Of a stretch of 58,704 nt of DNA, positions 20,612 through 29,804 are shown in pieces. Source of the stretch: an uncultured Caulobacteraceae bacterium (GTDB lineage: Bacteria; Pseudomonadota; Alphaproteobacteria; Caulobacterales; Caulobacteraceae); assembly GCA_964243445.1 (NCBI GenBank), contig CAXTEX010000001.1:1-58704 (forward strand). The letters are read 5' to 3'. The stretch's first letter is position 1. Every line of letters starts with the position of its first letter. Position numbers and translations under genes: made by a program. The notes under the pieces are model-generated. The model saw nothing but the letters and a program-made list of their open reading frames with translations, was not told the DNA's origin and made no database searches.

Positions 20612-21571
20612 TCACACCGCAATCCGTACCGGTCGATCAAGCCAGCCGGCGGCGCGATACCAGTCAGCCGTGTCTTGAAAGCCATCGACCAGGCCGAAGC
20701 GGGGGCTCGGCAGCTCGTCGCCCCTGGCCGTCGACGCCATGGCCCAGGCTCCGTCCAGCAGCTCCCGAACCTTGCCGGAGGTCATGATCGGCGCGGCGCC
20801 AAGCCTCCAGCCCAGATCGCCTGCAAGGCCCAGGGCGCGCATGGCGACGGGCGGAATGCGGACCAGACTCGGACGACGCCCTGAGGCCCGACCTGCTGCT
20901 GTCATCACCTCCGCCAGGCTGTAGCCGTTCGGTCGTTCGTCGCTAAGCTCCCGTTCGCCGCCCCGGCTCCGGATCGCGGCCAGGGCGGCCAAGGCCGCCG
21001 CGGCGTCCTCGACGTGGAGGAACGGCAGCCGAACGCCAGCGCCAAGCACCGGAAGCCAAGGGCTCGCCGCTGCGGCCCGGAACAAGGGCAAGGTCTGGCG
21101 ATCCTCAGGCCCGTAGAGCGCCGGTAGCCGCACGATCCACGCCCGTCCATCCAGGACCTCGCCGACGGCGATCTCGCCTCCACGCTTGCTCGCGGCGTAG
21201 GCCGACAGATGCGGGGCTCGCGCGGCTAGGCTGGAGACCAGGACGAAGGCGGCCTCGGGGGCCACCTCGTCGGCGGTTCTGGCCATGCTGAGGGCTCCTG
21301 CCGCGTTGACGACGTCGAAGGCGGCCGCATCGGCCGCCTTGACCAGGCCCGCCGCATGGACGACCGCATCAGCCCCGCGGCAAAGCCGACGGAGGGGCTC
21401 GGCGGCGGAGAGATCGCCGAGCACCACCTCGGGCTGAAGACGCGACCAGAGCGGATCGACCGGATCGCGACGGGCCAGCAACCGCAGCCTCCACCCCTGT
21501 GCGACGAGGGCGCGGGCGATGTGGCGGCCCACGAACCCCGTGCCGCCGGTGAGGGCCGCCAGCGGCGCCAC
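20612..21571 (-). CDS. cerR: NAD-dependent epimerase/SDR, ceramide reductase CerR-like
   Basis: TGGTGFVG Rossmann motif, HAAGLVKA, VSSLAA, YAASK; position in the spt operon. Confidence 0.82.
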   Translation of the reverse strand: MAPLAALTGGTGFVGRHIARALVAQGWRLRLLARRDPVDPLWSRLQPEVVLGDLSAAEPLRRLCRGADAVVHAAGLVKAADAAAFDVVNAAGALSMARTADEVAPEAAFVLVSSLAARAPHLSAYAASKRGGEIAVGEVLDGRAWIVRLPALYGPEDRQTLPLFRAAAASPWLPVLGAGVRLPFLHVEDAAAALAALAAIRSRGGERELSDERPNGYSLAEVMTAAGRASGRRPSLVRIPPVAMRALGLAGDLGWRLGAAPIMTSGKVRELLDGAWAMASTARGDELPSPRFGLVDGFQDTADWYRAAGWLDRPVRIAV

Positions 21572-23272
21572 TCAGGCAGGCTCGAACGCGCCGACCCTGT
21601 AGAGCTCCCGGGCTTGAGCCCGCCGCAGCTTGCCCGAGGACGTCTGGGGCAAGGCGCCGGACCCGACCAGCCGAACCTGCGCCTCCACGCCGTGGCGGGC
21701 GCGGAGCAGGCCGGCCACGTCGGCGGCCAGACGGCTGCGCGCCTCGGGATCGCGCACCCGCGTCTGAACCAGGGCGACGACGCCCTCCCCGTCTCCGTCG
21801 ATCGGGAAGGCCGCCACGTCGCCGCTGCGCACGCCGACGATCTCGGCCTCCACCGTCCACTCCAGGTCCTGCGGCCAGATGTTGCGGCCGTTCAGCAGGA
21901 TCAGGTCCTTGCTGCGCCCGGTTGGCGCGAGTTCGCCATCGACCATGAAACCAAGGTCGCCGGTCTCCAGCCAGCCGTCGTCGCTGAGCACGGCCGCCGT
22001 CGCTTCCGCCTGGGCGAAATAGGCTTTCATCACACTCGGGCCCCGCACGAAGACGCGCCCGACGCGCCGCTCCGGCAGGGAGGCGCCGTGCTCGTCGCGG
22101 ATCTCGAGCTCATGGCCGGGCAGCACAGGTCCACAGCGGACGAAGTCGCGGGCGCGGCCATCGCCCTGCGCGGGCGCCGCTTCGCCGTCCCGCTCCAGCT
22201 GGTCGACAGACAGGCTGTCTCGCCGCAAGCCGCCGCCCAGCGGGGCCATGGTGAGGGCCAGCGTCGCCTCGGCCATGCCGTAGCTCGCCACGAAGGCGCG
22301 CTCGGAAAAGCCTGCCCCTTCGAACCGCCTGGCGAAGGCGGCCAGGGGTCCGGCGCGCACCATGTCGCCTCCGACCCCCGCCACACGCCAGCGCGACAGG
22401 TCCAAGCCGGACAGGTCCGCCGTCTCGGCTCGTCGCGCGCAGAGTTCGTAGCCGAAGCTCGGACTGTAGGAGATGGTGGCCCCGGTCTCGGCGATGAGCT
22501 TGGGCCAGAGCAGCGGACGGCGCACGAAGGCGTCGGTGGCCAAGAGGTCGATCGACATGGCGACGCTCAGCGGACTGAGCAGAAAGCCGACCAGCCCCAT
22601 GTCGTGGAACAGGGGCAGCCAGGACATGGCGCGATCCAAGGCCGTCACCTGAAGGCCGTGGCGGGTGATCGCACGCACATTGGCCATCAGGGCCCGGTGG
22701 CTGACCACCACCCCGGTCGGCGCGCGCGTGCTGCCCGAGGAGAACTGGAGGTAGCAGGCGTCCTCGACCTGCGCCTTGACCAGACGGACCTGGCCCGGAG
22801 GAAGCGCGTCCAGCGCCGGCCGCGTGCGGACGCCGGCGCGATCCGCCGCGGCCTCAAGCATCGGGTGGAGCGCGGCCGGCCCGAACACGGCCGCAGCCTG
22901 GGCCTGGGTCAACAGACGGCTGATCTGTTCAACATAAGCACCCGCGCCCCCCAGCGGCGCAGGAAGCGGCAGAGGCGCCGGCACCAGGCCGGCGTACTGG
23001 CAGGCGAGAAAGCTCTCGATGAAACTCAGGCTCGTCTCCGCCACAAGCCCCACTCGGTCACCCGGCTCCAGACCACAGGCCTGCAAGCGGCCCGCCCGCG
23101 CCAGGGCGCGGTCCCGCAGATCAGCGTAGGAAAGCGCCTCGACCAGCTCTCCACGCGATCCGTAGAGGTTGACGCCGGTGTCTAAGCCGGCGGCGGCGTC
23201 CAGCGCGGCCGCAAGCGTGCAGAGGTCAGCCGAGGGCAGCCGTCGGTCAGGCGAGGTCGGTGTCGGGGTCAC
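21572..23272 (-). CDS. Fatty acyl-AMP ligase / acyl-ACP synthetase
   Basis: YLQFSSGSTRAPTGV, SWLPLFHDMGLVG, SYGMAEATL, TGDLG, GRSKDLI, LPQTSSGK; GTG 23272 chosen (the longer ORF overlaps the desaturase). Confidence 0.9.
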   Translation of the reverse strand: MTPTPTSPDRRLPSADLCTLAAALDAAAGLDTGVNLYGSRGELVEALSYADLRDRALARAGRLQACGLEPGDRVGLVAETSLSFIESFLACQYAGLVPAPLPLPAPLGGAGAYVEQISRLLTQAQAAAVFGPAALHPMLEAAADRAGVRTRPALDALPPGQVRLVKAQVEDACYLQFSSGSTRAPTGVVVSHRALMANVRAITRHGLQVTALDRAMSWLPLFHDMGLVGFLLSPLSVAMSIDLLATDAFVRRPLLWPKLIAETGATISYSPSFGYELCARRAETADLSGLDLSRWRVAGVGGDMVRAGPLAAFARRFEGAGFSERAFVASYGMAEATLALTMAPLGGGLRRDSLSVDQLERDGEAAPAQGDGRARDFVRCGPVLPGHELEIRDEHGASLPERRVGRVFVRGPSVMKAYFAQAEATAAVLSDDGWLETGDLGFMVDGELAPTGRSKDLILLNGRNIWPQDLEWTVEAEIVGVRSGDVAAFPIDGDGEGVVALVQTRVRDPEARSRLAADVAGLLRARHGVEAQVRLVGSGALPQTSSGKLRRAQARELYRVGAFEPA

Positions 23273-23289
23273 GCGGGGGTCCTGAAACG

Positions 23290-24465
23290 TCAGCCCCTCG
23301 ATCGCAAGCCGGCCATAGCGCCGCCGGCTGTTCCCGTGCGGCTGCGGACCGATGCAGCGGCCAGCCGAACGATCAACCGGCCCGGACCCCGATGGTGCGA
23401 CCGGTGGTAGTCGGACTGGGGCGGCAGCGAGGCGGCGAGGCGGCGGTGGGCCTCCGCCAGTCCATGGTACGGCACCCCCGGCAGCAGGTGGTGCAGGGCG
23501 TGGTAGCGCAGGCCCACCGGAGCCCACAACGCCGGCAGCAGGCCGGGCGGCGGGACGTTGACGCTGTCGAGGTACTGGCCGGCGATGCTGACCGGCTCGC
23601 CGTCGCTGTCCCAAAGATGGGCGGCCAGGGTCCTGAACTGGTTGATGACGGTCACGCTCGAGACGACCGCCAGGAAGGTGAGGAAGACCGGCCATGCGAT
23701 CCATCCGGCTGCGACCGAACCAACGAGCCCTATGGCCCAGACGCTCGTCGCCGTCTCCCACAGCCGCCAGGAGCGCTTAAACGCTCCTTCGGGCGGCTTG
23801 CGACGGAAGGCCGGATTGATCGACAGGGCCGAGGCCTGCGCCACCACGACCCGCCGCAGCCGCGGGAGGACGGCGGACAGCGGCGCGACCACGGCGAAGC
23901 GGAAGATCAGGGCCGCGGGCGCCAGCACCGAGACGACGAAGAACAGAACGAGCTTGACCGGCGACATCCGCGCCAGCGGCAGGTACTCCGGGTCCTGATC
24001 GGTGCCGTAGCGGGTGCGGGCGTGATGCAGGGTGTGCACGCCCTCGTACATGAAAGACGGGGCCATCAGCGGCAGGCCGACGAGCAGGTTCCAGGCGACG
24101 CGGAAGCCCGGCACCGCCGACGCCTTCAGATGGGTCAGCTCGTGGATGAAGCTCACCGCCCGATAGAGGGCGAGCACCGCCACGGCGCCGGCCGCGAACT
24201 TCAAAGGCGGCGGCAACCAGACACAGGCGAGGAAAAGCGCGCCGTAGCCCAGCAGGACCGAGGCCGCCAGATCCGTCCAATAGATCAACGGGCGGGCGTG
24301 GTTGAGATCGCGCGTCAGGTCGGCGGCGCGGCGGACCATCTCGACATCCAAGGACGGCGCGGCGGCGCGCGGGCCCGCGATCGGCTCGCGCTCTGCGAAG
24401 CCGACGCCCCCGTCGGCAGGAGCACGGTCGAGCTTGTCTTCGCTGATGCCCGTGCGCACGCTCAC
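23290..24465 (-). CDS. Membrane fatty-acid/sphingolipid desaturase (or hydroxylase)
   Basis: Three His boxes HELTH, HTLHH, HALHH with TM segments. Confidence 0.88.
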   Translation of the reverse strand: MSVRTGISEDKLDRAPADGGVGFAEREPIAGPRAAAPSLDVEMVRRAADLTRDLNHARPLIYWTDLAASVLLGYGALFLACVWLPPPLKFAAGAVAVLALYRAVSFIHELTHLKASAVPGFRVAWNLLVGLPLMAPSFMYEGVHTLHHARTRYGTDQDPEYLPLARMSPVKLVLFFVVSVLAPAALIFRFAVVAPLSAVLPRLRRVVVAQASALSINPAFRRKPPEGAFKRSWRLWETATSVWAIGLVGSVAAGWIAWPVFLTFLAVVSSVTVINQFRTLAAHLWDSDGEPVSIAGQYLDSVNVPPPGLLPALWAPVGLRYHALHHLLPGVPYHGLAEAHRRLAASLPPQSDYHRSHHRGPGRLIVRLAAASVRSRTGTAGGAMAGLRSRG

Positions 24466-24567
24466 CGTCCTCCAGCGCGCCCCGCAAAGACGCCGCTCAA
24501 CAATCGCTGTCGAAAGCTATAGGCCGATCTTGAGCGAGACCCAGCCTCCATCCGAAGGATAAGCATT

Positions 24568-25722
24568 TTGGCCGACGCGCCCAACCCCACGCGGATCGAT
24601 GTGGAGCCCGTGCAGACCCGCGCGCAGATGGATCGCTTCATCCGTCTGCCCAATCGGCTGAATGCGGGCGACCCGAACTATGTCGCGCCATTGGAAATGG
24701 AGCGGCGACAAGCCCTGTCGGCCAACACCAATCCCTATTTCGCCCACGCCGAGGCCGCCTTCTGGCTGGCGCGTCGAGGCGGACGCGATGTGGGCCGTAT
24801 CAGCGCCCAGATCGACAGCCTGGCTCCCCCCGAGCCAGGAACCCCGGTCGGCCATTTCGGCCTGATCGCGGCGGAGGACGATGCGGAAGTCTTCGCCGCC
24901 CTCTTGAGCACGGCCGAAACCTGGCTGAAGGACCGCGGCTGCGGTCGCGCGCGCGGTCCCTTCAACCTGTCGATCAATGAGGAGGTGGGTCTGCTGATCG
25001 ACGGCTTCGACACGCCGCCCATGGTGATGATGGGCCACGACCCGCGCTACGCCGGCGCTCGGATCGAGGCGCAGGGCTACGCCAAGGCCAAGGACGTGCA
25101 CGCCTATCTCTGCAGCTCTGAAGACATGCTGCCTGAGCGCGTGCTGCGCCGGGCGCGGCGCAATCCGCCCAAGGGCGTGGTGCTGCGCTCGCTGGACATG
25201 AGCCGCTACGACGCAGAGGTCGCCACCCTGACCCGCATCCTGAACGACGCCTGGGCCGGCAACTGGGGCTTCACGCCCACGACCGAGGCGGAGACGGACG
25301 CGTTGGCCAAGGCGCTGAAGTCGGTGATCGACCCCAGTCTGGTCTGGTTCGCCGAGATCGACGGGGAGCCCGCCGGCGTCATCGTCTACCTGCCCAACGT
25401 CAACGAGGCGATCTCCGACCTCGGCGGCCGCCTGCTGCCGTTCGGCTGGATCAAGCTGCTTTGGCGGCTGAAGGTGGCGCGGGTGAAGTCGGTGCGCGTG
25501 CCTCTGATGGGCGTCAGCCGCAAGTTCCACCGCGATCGGCGCGGCCAGCTGCTGCCGTTCCTGATGATCGACGCAGGCGCGAAGCGCGCCTGTGAGCTCG
25601 GCTACAAGCGGTTTGAATTGTCCTGGGTGCTGGAGGACAACCTGCCCATGCGCCGCATCAGCGAGTCGATCGGCGCGTCGGTCTACAAGACCTATCGCAT
25701 CTACGAAAAACCCCTAGCGTGA
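24568..25722 (+). CDS. bcerS: Bacterial ceramide synthase (tandem GNAT, bCerS-like)
   Basis: GRISAQID, RGPFNLSINEEVGLLIDGFDTPPMVMMGHD, NDAWAGNWGF, LPNVNEAI, RVPLMGV, ELSWVLEDN, YKTYRIYEK. Confidence 0.87.
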   Translation: MADAPNPTRIDVEPVQTRAQMDRFIRLPNRLNAGDPNYVAPLEMERRQALSANTNPYFAHAEAAFWLARRGGRDVGRISAQIDSLAPPEPGTPVGHFGLIAAEDDAEVFAALLSTAETWLKDRGCGRARGPFNLSINEEVGLLIDGFDTPPMVMMGHDPRYAGARIEAQGYAKAKDVHAYLCSSEDMLPERVLRRARRNPPKGVVLRSLDMSRYDAEVATLTRILNDAWAGNWGFTPTTEAETDALAKALKSVIDPSLVWFAEIDGEPAGVIVYLPNVNEAISDLGGRLLPFGWIKLLWRLKVARVKSVRVPLMGVSRKFHRDRRGQLLPFLMIDAGAKRACELGYKRFELSWVLEDNLPMRRISESIGASVYKTYRIYEKPLA

Positions 25723-27240
25723 GCCTCGCCCATCTCCCGCCTGGAGCCCCGGCGGGAGCGTGGCGGTGCGGGGGCGTACGGCGAGGCAGCCCGGCGTGTG
25801 CGCCAGGTCCGGCCCGACGCGCGCGAGCGGCGGCTCCAGCGTCCGGTCGCAGGTGACCACGACAAGGCCCGGCGTGAAGGGCGCGTCAGCCGCGCGGCGT
25901 ACGACCTGCACGCCCCGCGCCTTCCAGAGCACGGTGTAGAACTGCAGCTGGGGCGCGTAGAAGGCGTCGTCCTGCTGGTTGATCACCCCATCGTCGCGCG
26001 CGTCCACCCGGTCGACCCCCTGCCGGTGCAGGGCGGCGAACACCTCGCCGTAGCGGCCCGTCGAGCGCTGGTCGAAGATCGTCGGATAGACATCGCGGAC
26101 GATGAAGATGACCAGCGTCAGAACCGCCGCCCCGCCCCACAGCAGCGCTCGCTCCCAGCGCGCGGGCGAGTCGGAAGCCTGGCCGCGACGGGCGCGCAGC
26201 CTGTCGCGCACGCTCTGCAGACCCAGGGCGCAGCCGATGGCCAGGAAGGGATGGCAGGGGTCGGTGTACCAGCGGATTTTGGTCTTTCCGGCGGTGTAGA
26301 CCGCCATGATGGCCAGGCTCATGCAGAGCGCGAAGACCATCCCCGCCCTCCGCCGGCCCCTCAGCACCCTGACCTCGGCCAGCAGCGGCAGGGCGAAGAC
26401 GCCGAGCGAGAAACCGAAAGCCCCGAAGATGAGCAGGGGGTAGTACCAGATCGGGTTGTGGTGGTTCTCAACGATGGCGGCGTAGCGCCCGAGCTCATTG
26501 GTCTCCACCGCGTGCAGATATCCCGGCGCCGCACGCTCCCTCGCCAGGTAGAAGGCCGCAACGAGCACGGCGACCCCCAGACCCGCGACCGGATACGCCC
26601 AGGAGCGGAACGGCCGGTCGATGCGGCGCTGGACCAGCAGATAGATCACCAGACCCGCGCCCGGCGCCAACCCCGCCACCCCCTTGGTCAGGGCCGCGCC
26701 CGCGACCAGGGCGCCGGCGAGCAGTACATGCGACGCCTTCGGCCGCGCGCGGTGCAAGGTCAGAAAAAGCAGGCAGGCGTAGGCGGTGACGAAGAAACAC
26801 AGCAGGGCCTCGTAATCGGCCGTCTGGCCGCTGTGCCGGCCGACGAAACCCCGCGTGGTCAGCAGCACCAGCCCGGCGGCCACCGGCGCGAAACTCGTGC
26901 GCGTCAGCTTCCAGGTGAACCCCATGACCACCGCGGCGCTGCCCAGGGTGGCCAGCGCCGAGGGCAGGCGCAGCGCCCCCTCGCTGGCGCCGAACGCCGC
27001 CATGCTGGCGTTCATCAGCCAGATCAACAATGGCGGCTTGGTGTTCCAAAGATCCGGCCGGAAACCGAAGGTGGTCACCAGCGACCAGCCCGTCGTCCGC
27101 ATCTCGATGGCGTTCACCGCCAGACGCGACTCGTCCCAGCGGTTGATCGGGAAGACCGGCAGGTCGACGGCCATCCAGATTGCGGCCACGAGTAGCAGCA
27201 GCCCGCCTCGCCGCAGGAGCTGCAGTCTAGCGGACGACAC
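25714..27240 (-). CDS. GT-C fold glycosyltransferase (ArnT/PMT_2-like)
   Basis: WDESRLAVNAIEM, NTKPPLLIWL, EGALRLPSALA, ALTKG; many TM helices; GTG 27240 with GGAGG RBS. Confidence 0.85.
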   Translation of the reverse strand: MSSARLQLLRRGGLLLLVAAIWMAVDLPVFPINRWDESRLAVNAIEMRTTGWSLVTTFGFRPDLWNTKPPLLIWLMNASMAAFGASEGALRLPSALATLGSAAVVMGFTWKLTRTSFAPVAAGLVLLTTRGFVGRHSGQTADYEALLCFFVTAYACLLFLTLHRARPKASHVLLAGALVAGAALTKGVAGLAPGAGLVIYLLVQRRIDRPFRSWAYPVAGLGVAVLVAAFYLARERAAPGYLHAVETNELGRYAAIVENHHNPIWYYPLLIFGAFGFSLGVFALPLLAEVRVLRGRRRAGMVFALCMSLAIMAVYTAGKTKIRWYTDPCHPFLAIGCALGLQSVRDRLRARRGQASDSPARWERALLWGGAAVLTLVIFIVRDVYPTIFDQRSTGRYGEVFAALHRQGVDRVDARDDGVINQQDDAFYAPQLQFYTVLWKARGVQVVRRAADAPFTPGLVVVTCDRTLEPPLARVGPDLAHTPGCLAVRPRTATLPPGLQAGDGRGSR

Positions 27241-28780
27241 CTGAGCCTCCCTGCGGACGGACGTAGAGCTCGGACGCGCCCCATGGGCTGCGATGCAGGA
27301 CATAGCCGCGGGCGCGGGCGTAGGCCCGCAGCGATGCATCGAGGTCCACGCGGGTGTCGCCGCCTGCGCTCTCATAGCCGGTGAGGATCGCCGTCGGCGG
27401 CTGCGCATCGAGGTCGGCTGCGAGCGAGCCGGGGCTGGTCAGGTGCAATCGTCTGCGTAGGCTGGCGTCGATGCCGTCGCCGCTGCGATACAGCATGGCG
27501 CCGCCGGCGAAGCGCGGGTCCAGGGCGACGCCGCTGTCGACGACCGCATGGGCCGAGAGGGTGGCGATCGGGCCCGAGGCGGACGAGCGCTGCAGGACCT
27601 GACCCACCCAGCGGTTCTCCCGTGCGACGACCAGAGGCGCCCACCGCCCGGTCCACACCGTCTGCCCGAGCTTGAGGCCGAAAACGACGGCGCCCGTGAC
27701 AGCGCCCAGCGCAAGCGCGCCCTTGGCCCAGGCCGGCGTCCGGGCAGTCGACAACGCCAAGCCCAGGCGCACGAACAGCGGCGCCAGCAGCGGGGCGAAA
27801 TACTGTTTGAATGTCGGCGAAGGCGCGAACGCCGCGACCAGCCCCGCCAGGATCATCAGGTCGAGGAGCCCTGCGGCGCCCGCGGGCGCGACGTCCAAGC
27901 GAGACGGCTTCAACCGGCTCCAGAGCACGACCGCCAGGGCGGCCAGGGCGGGCCCGAGGAGGAGATCGCCGGTTCCGTGCAGCAGCTTGGACGCAGGCTC
28001 CATGCGGGCCGCCAGCCCGTTGGCCACGTACCACCGTCGCGGGCCGTCCGCCCAGAAGCCCACGAGGGCGAACCGCACCGCCTCCGGCGCGCTAAGCCAA
28101 GCGAACGCTATGGGCGACAAGCCGACGGCCGCGCCCCCGCCGAGCGCGAGCGCCTGAGCCGCCGTCCGGCCGCTCGGACGCCGCAGCACGCTGGCGCCGA
28201 CGAAGACCGCTGCGGCCGCCAGCAGGGGCGCAAAGGAGACCTTGGCGCTCACCGCCCCGCCGAGCAGCAGCCCGCAGAGGCTCCAGGCCAGCCAAGGCCG
28301 CCGCGCGTCACCGCGCAGGGCGCTCGCCGCCGAGGCGATCGCCCAGGCCAGCAGGGCCATGGGCAGGGCGTCGTTACGCACCACGCTGGCGCAATACTGG
28401 AAAGTGTAGCAGCTCGCCGTCAGCAGCACCGTGAGCCCGGCGACGCGCGGCGGAACGCCCAGGCGGCGCTGGGCCGTCCACACGCCGCCGAGCATTGCGA
28501 ACCCGCACGCCGCCGAGACCAGGCGCATCGCCAGAAACGTCCAACCATGCGCCAGCTGCGCAAGCGGCGCTGTCAGTTCAGGCTGCAGAGGCGTCTGGAC
28601 GTACAGGAAGTCGCGGTAGAGCCTGAGCTTGGAGGCCAGCACCGTGGCGGCGAGGTACTGATCCTCGTCGTGGTTGAAGGGCGTGGCGAAGACGAGCACC
28701 ACCAGCATCGCCGCCGAGCCTGCGAACAGCGTGGATACAGGCGAGGGCCGCCACGTAAAGGCGGTCGCGTCCCTGTCCAT
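27227..28780 (-). CDS. Second GT-C fold membrane glycosyltransferase
   Basis: FNHDEDQY first-loop DE motif, YRDFLYVQTPL, VRNDALP, SAKVSF, QYFAP; polytopic. Confidence 0.75.
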   Translation of the reverse strand: MDRDATAFTWRPSPVSTLFAGSAAMLVVLVFATPFNHDEDQYLAATVLASKLRLYRDFLYVQTPLQPELTAPLAQLAHGWTFLAMRLVSAACGFAMLGGVWTAQRRLGVPPRVAGLTVLLTASCYTFQYCASVVRNDALPMALLAWAIASAASALRGDARRPWLAWSLCGLLLGGAVSAKVSFAPLLAAAAVFVGASVLRRPSGRTAAQALALGGGAAVGLSPIAFAWLSAPEAVRFALVGFWADGPRRWYVANGLAARMEPASKLLHGTGDLLLGPALAALAVVLWSRLKPSRLDVAPAGAAGLLDLMILAGLVAAFAPSPTFKQYFAPLLAPLFVRLGLALSTARTPAWAKGALALGAVTGAVVFGLKLGQTVWTGRWAPLVVARENRWVGQVLQRSSASGPIATLSAHAVVDSGVALDPRFAGGAMLYRSGDGIDASLRRRLHLTSPGSLAADLDAQPPTAILTGYESAGGDTRVDLDASLRAYARARGYVLHRSPWGASELYVRPQGGSGVVR

Positions 28781-28892
28781 CGCCTGTGTCCGCCCTTCGC
28801 CGCGCCTTGACCGCCGGGCGTATTCACGGGACGTCTGGCCGGCCGCGCACCCGTCGTCGGCTTCACTAGCTCGGTGGCGGAAAAGTTCAACG

Positions 28893-29804
28893 ATGGAGCA
28901 AGGTCGCGCCCCCGCCACGCTCGCGGCCTCTCCGGCTGGGACCCGGCCTGTCGAGCTGGAGCTGTGGAGCAATCGCCGGCTTATCCATCCGATCTCCCGC
29001 GCGCTGGCCCGACGGCTGGTCCCGACGCCCGTTTCGCCGGACATGGTGTCGGTGGCGGGGGCGGTGATGGCGGCGGCGGGAGCTGGCGCCTACACCCTGC
29101 TGCCGCGCCCATGGGGAGCGCTCCTCGGTCTGGCGTGCCATGTCCTGTGGCATGTGCTGGACGGCGCGGACGGCGAGTTGGCCCGGCGCACGGGCCGCAG
29201 CTCCACCCACGGCGAACTGGTCGACGGCATCTGCGACTACGCCGGGCGCACCATCCTGTATCTGGCGCTCGGCGCCTTTGCGGCCCGACAGTTCGGCACG
29301 TGGGTCTGGGTGCTGACGGTGTTCGTGGGCCTGTCGCGCATCGTGCAGGCCAACTTCTACGAGACAGTGCGGCGCGAGTACCGCAGCTGGGTCTACGGCA
29401 CGTCCTGGATCCGCCAGGACCTCGAAGCCGCGTCGTCTGGCGGCGGCCGCAGCGTCGGCGGAGCCGCCGGCGCCCTGGGCCGCCTGTTCCTGGCTGTCTC
29501 CAAGCGGGTGACGCCGGATAGCTTGCCCTTGGAAGCGGCGGTGGCCGGCCGGGCGGCCGAGGGCGCCGCAGGGCTCGAGGCGGCGCGCGCGGTCTGCCGC
29601 GAGCGGCTGATCCCGGTGGTGCGCCGCGCCTCGATCCTGTCGGCCAATTCCGAAACGCTGGTGATCTTCCTGTCCATGCTGGCCGGAAGCCCGATCTATC
29701 TGTTCGGCTATGTCGCGGTGCTGCTCAACGGAGCCTACGCCACCCTGTACGCAGACCAGCGGACGCGCTTTCGCGATGCGGCCGAGGCGATCAGGCGGGG
29801 CTAG
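28893..29804 (+). CDS. CDP-alcohol phosphatidyltransferase family protein
   Basis: Full signature DGADGELARRTGRSSTHGELVDGICD. Confidence 0.92.
   Translation: MEQGRAPATLAASPAGTRPVELELWSNRRLIHPISRALARRLVPTPVSPDMVSVAGAVMAAAGAGAYTLLPRPWGALLGLACHVLWHVLDGADGELARRTGRSSTHGELVDGICDYAGRTILYLALGAFAARQFGTWVWVLTVFVGLSRIVQANFYETVRREYRSWVYGTSWIRQDLEAASSGGGRSVGGAAGALGRLFLAVSKRVTPDSLPLEAAVAGRAAEGAAGLEAARAVCRERLIPVVRRASILSANSETLVIFLSMLAGSPIYLFGYVAVLLNGAYATLYADQRTRFRDAAEAIRRG

Noticed and set aside
21572-23272. FAAL plus ACP as a PKS/NRPS lipopeptide starter
   Set aside because: No KS or condensation domains; explained by sphingolipid acyl loading
21356-24522. Long plus-strand ORFs of 609 and 420 aa (and similar ones at 8652, 25798, 27548, 30499, 43078, 44907, 50861)
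   Set aside because: Opposite well-supported genes, Arg/Gly/Pro-rich and without motifs; typical high-GC shadow frames
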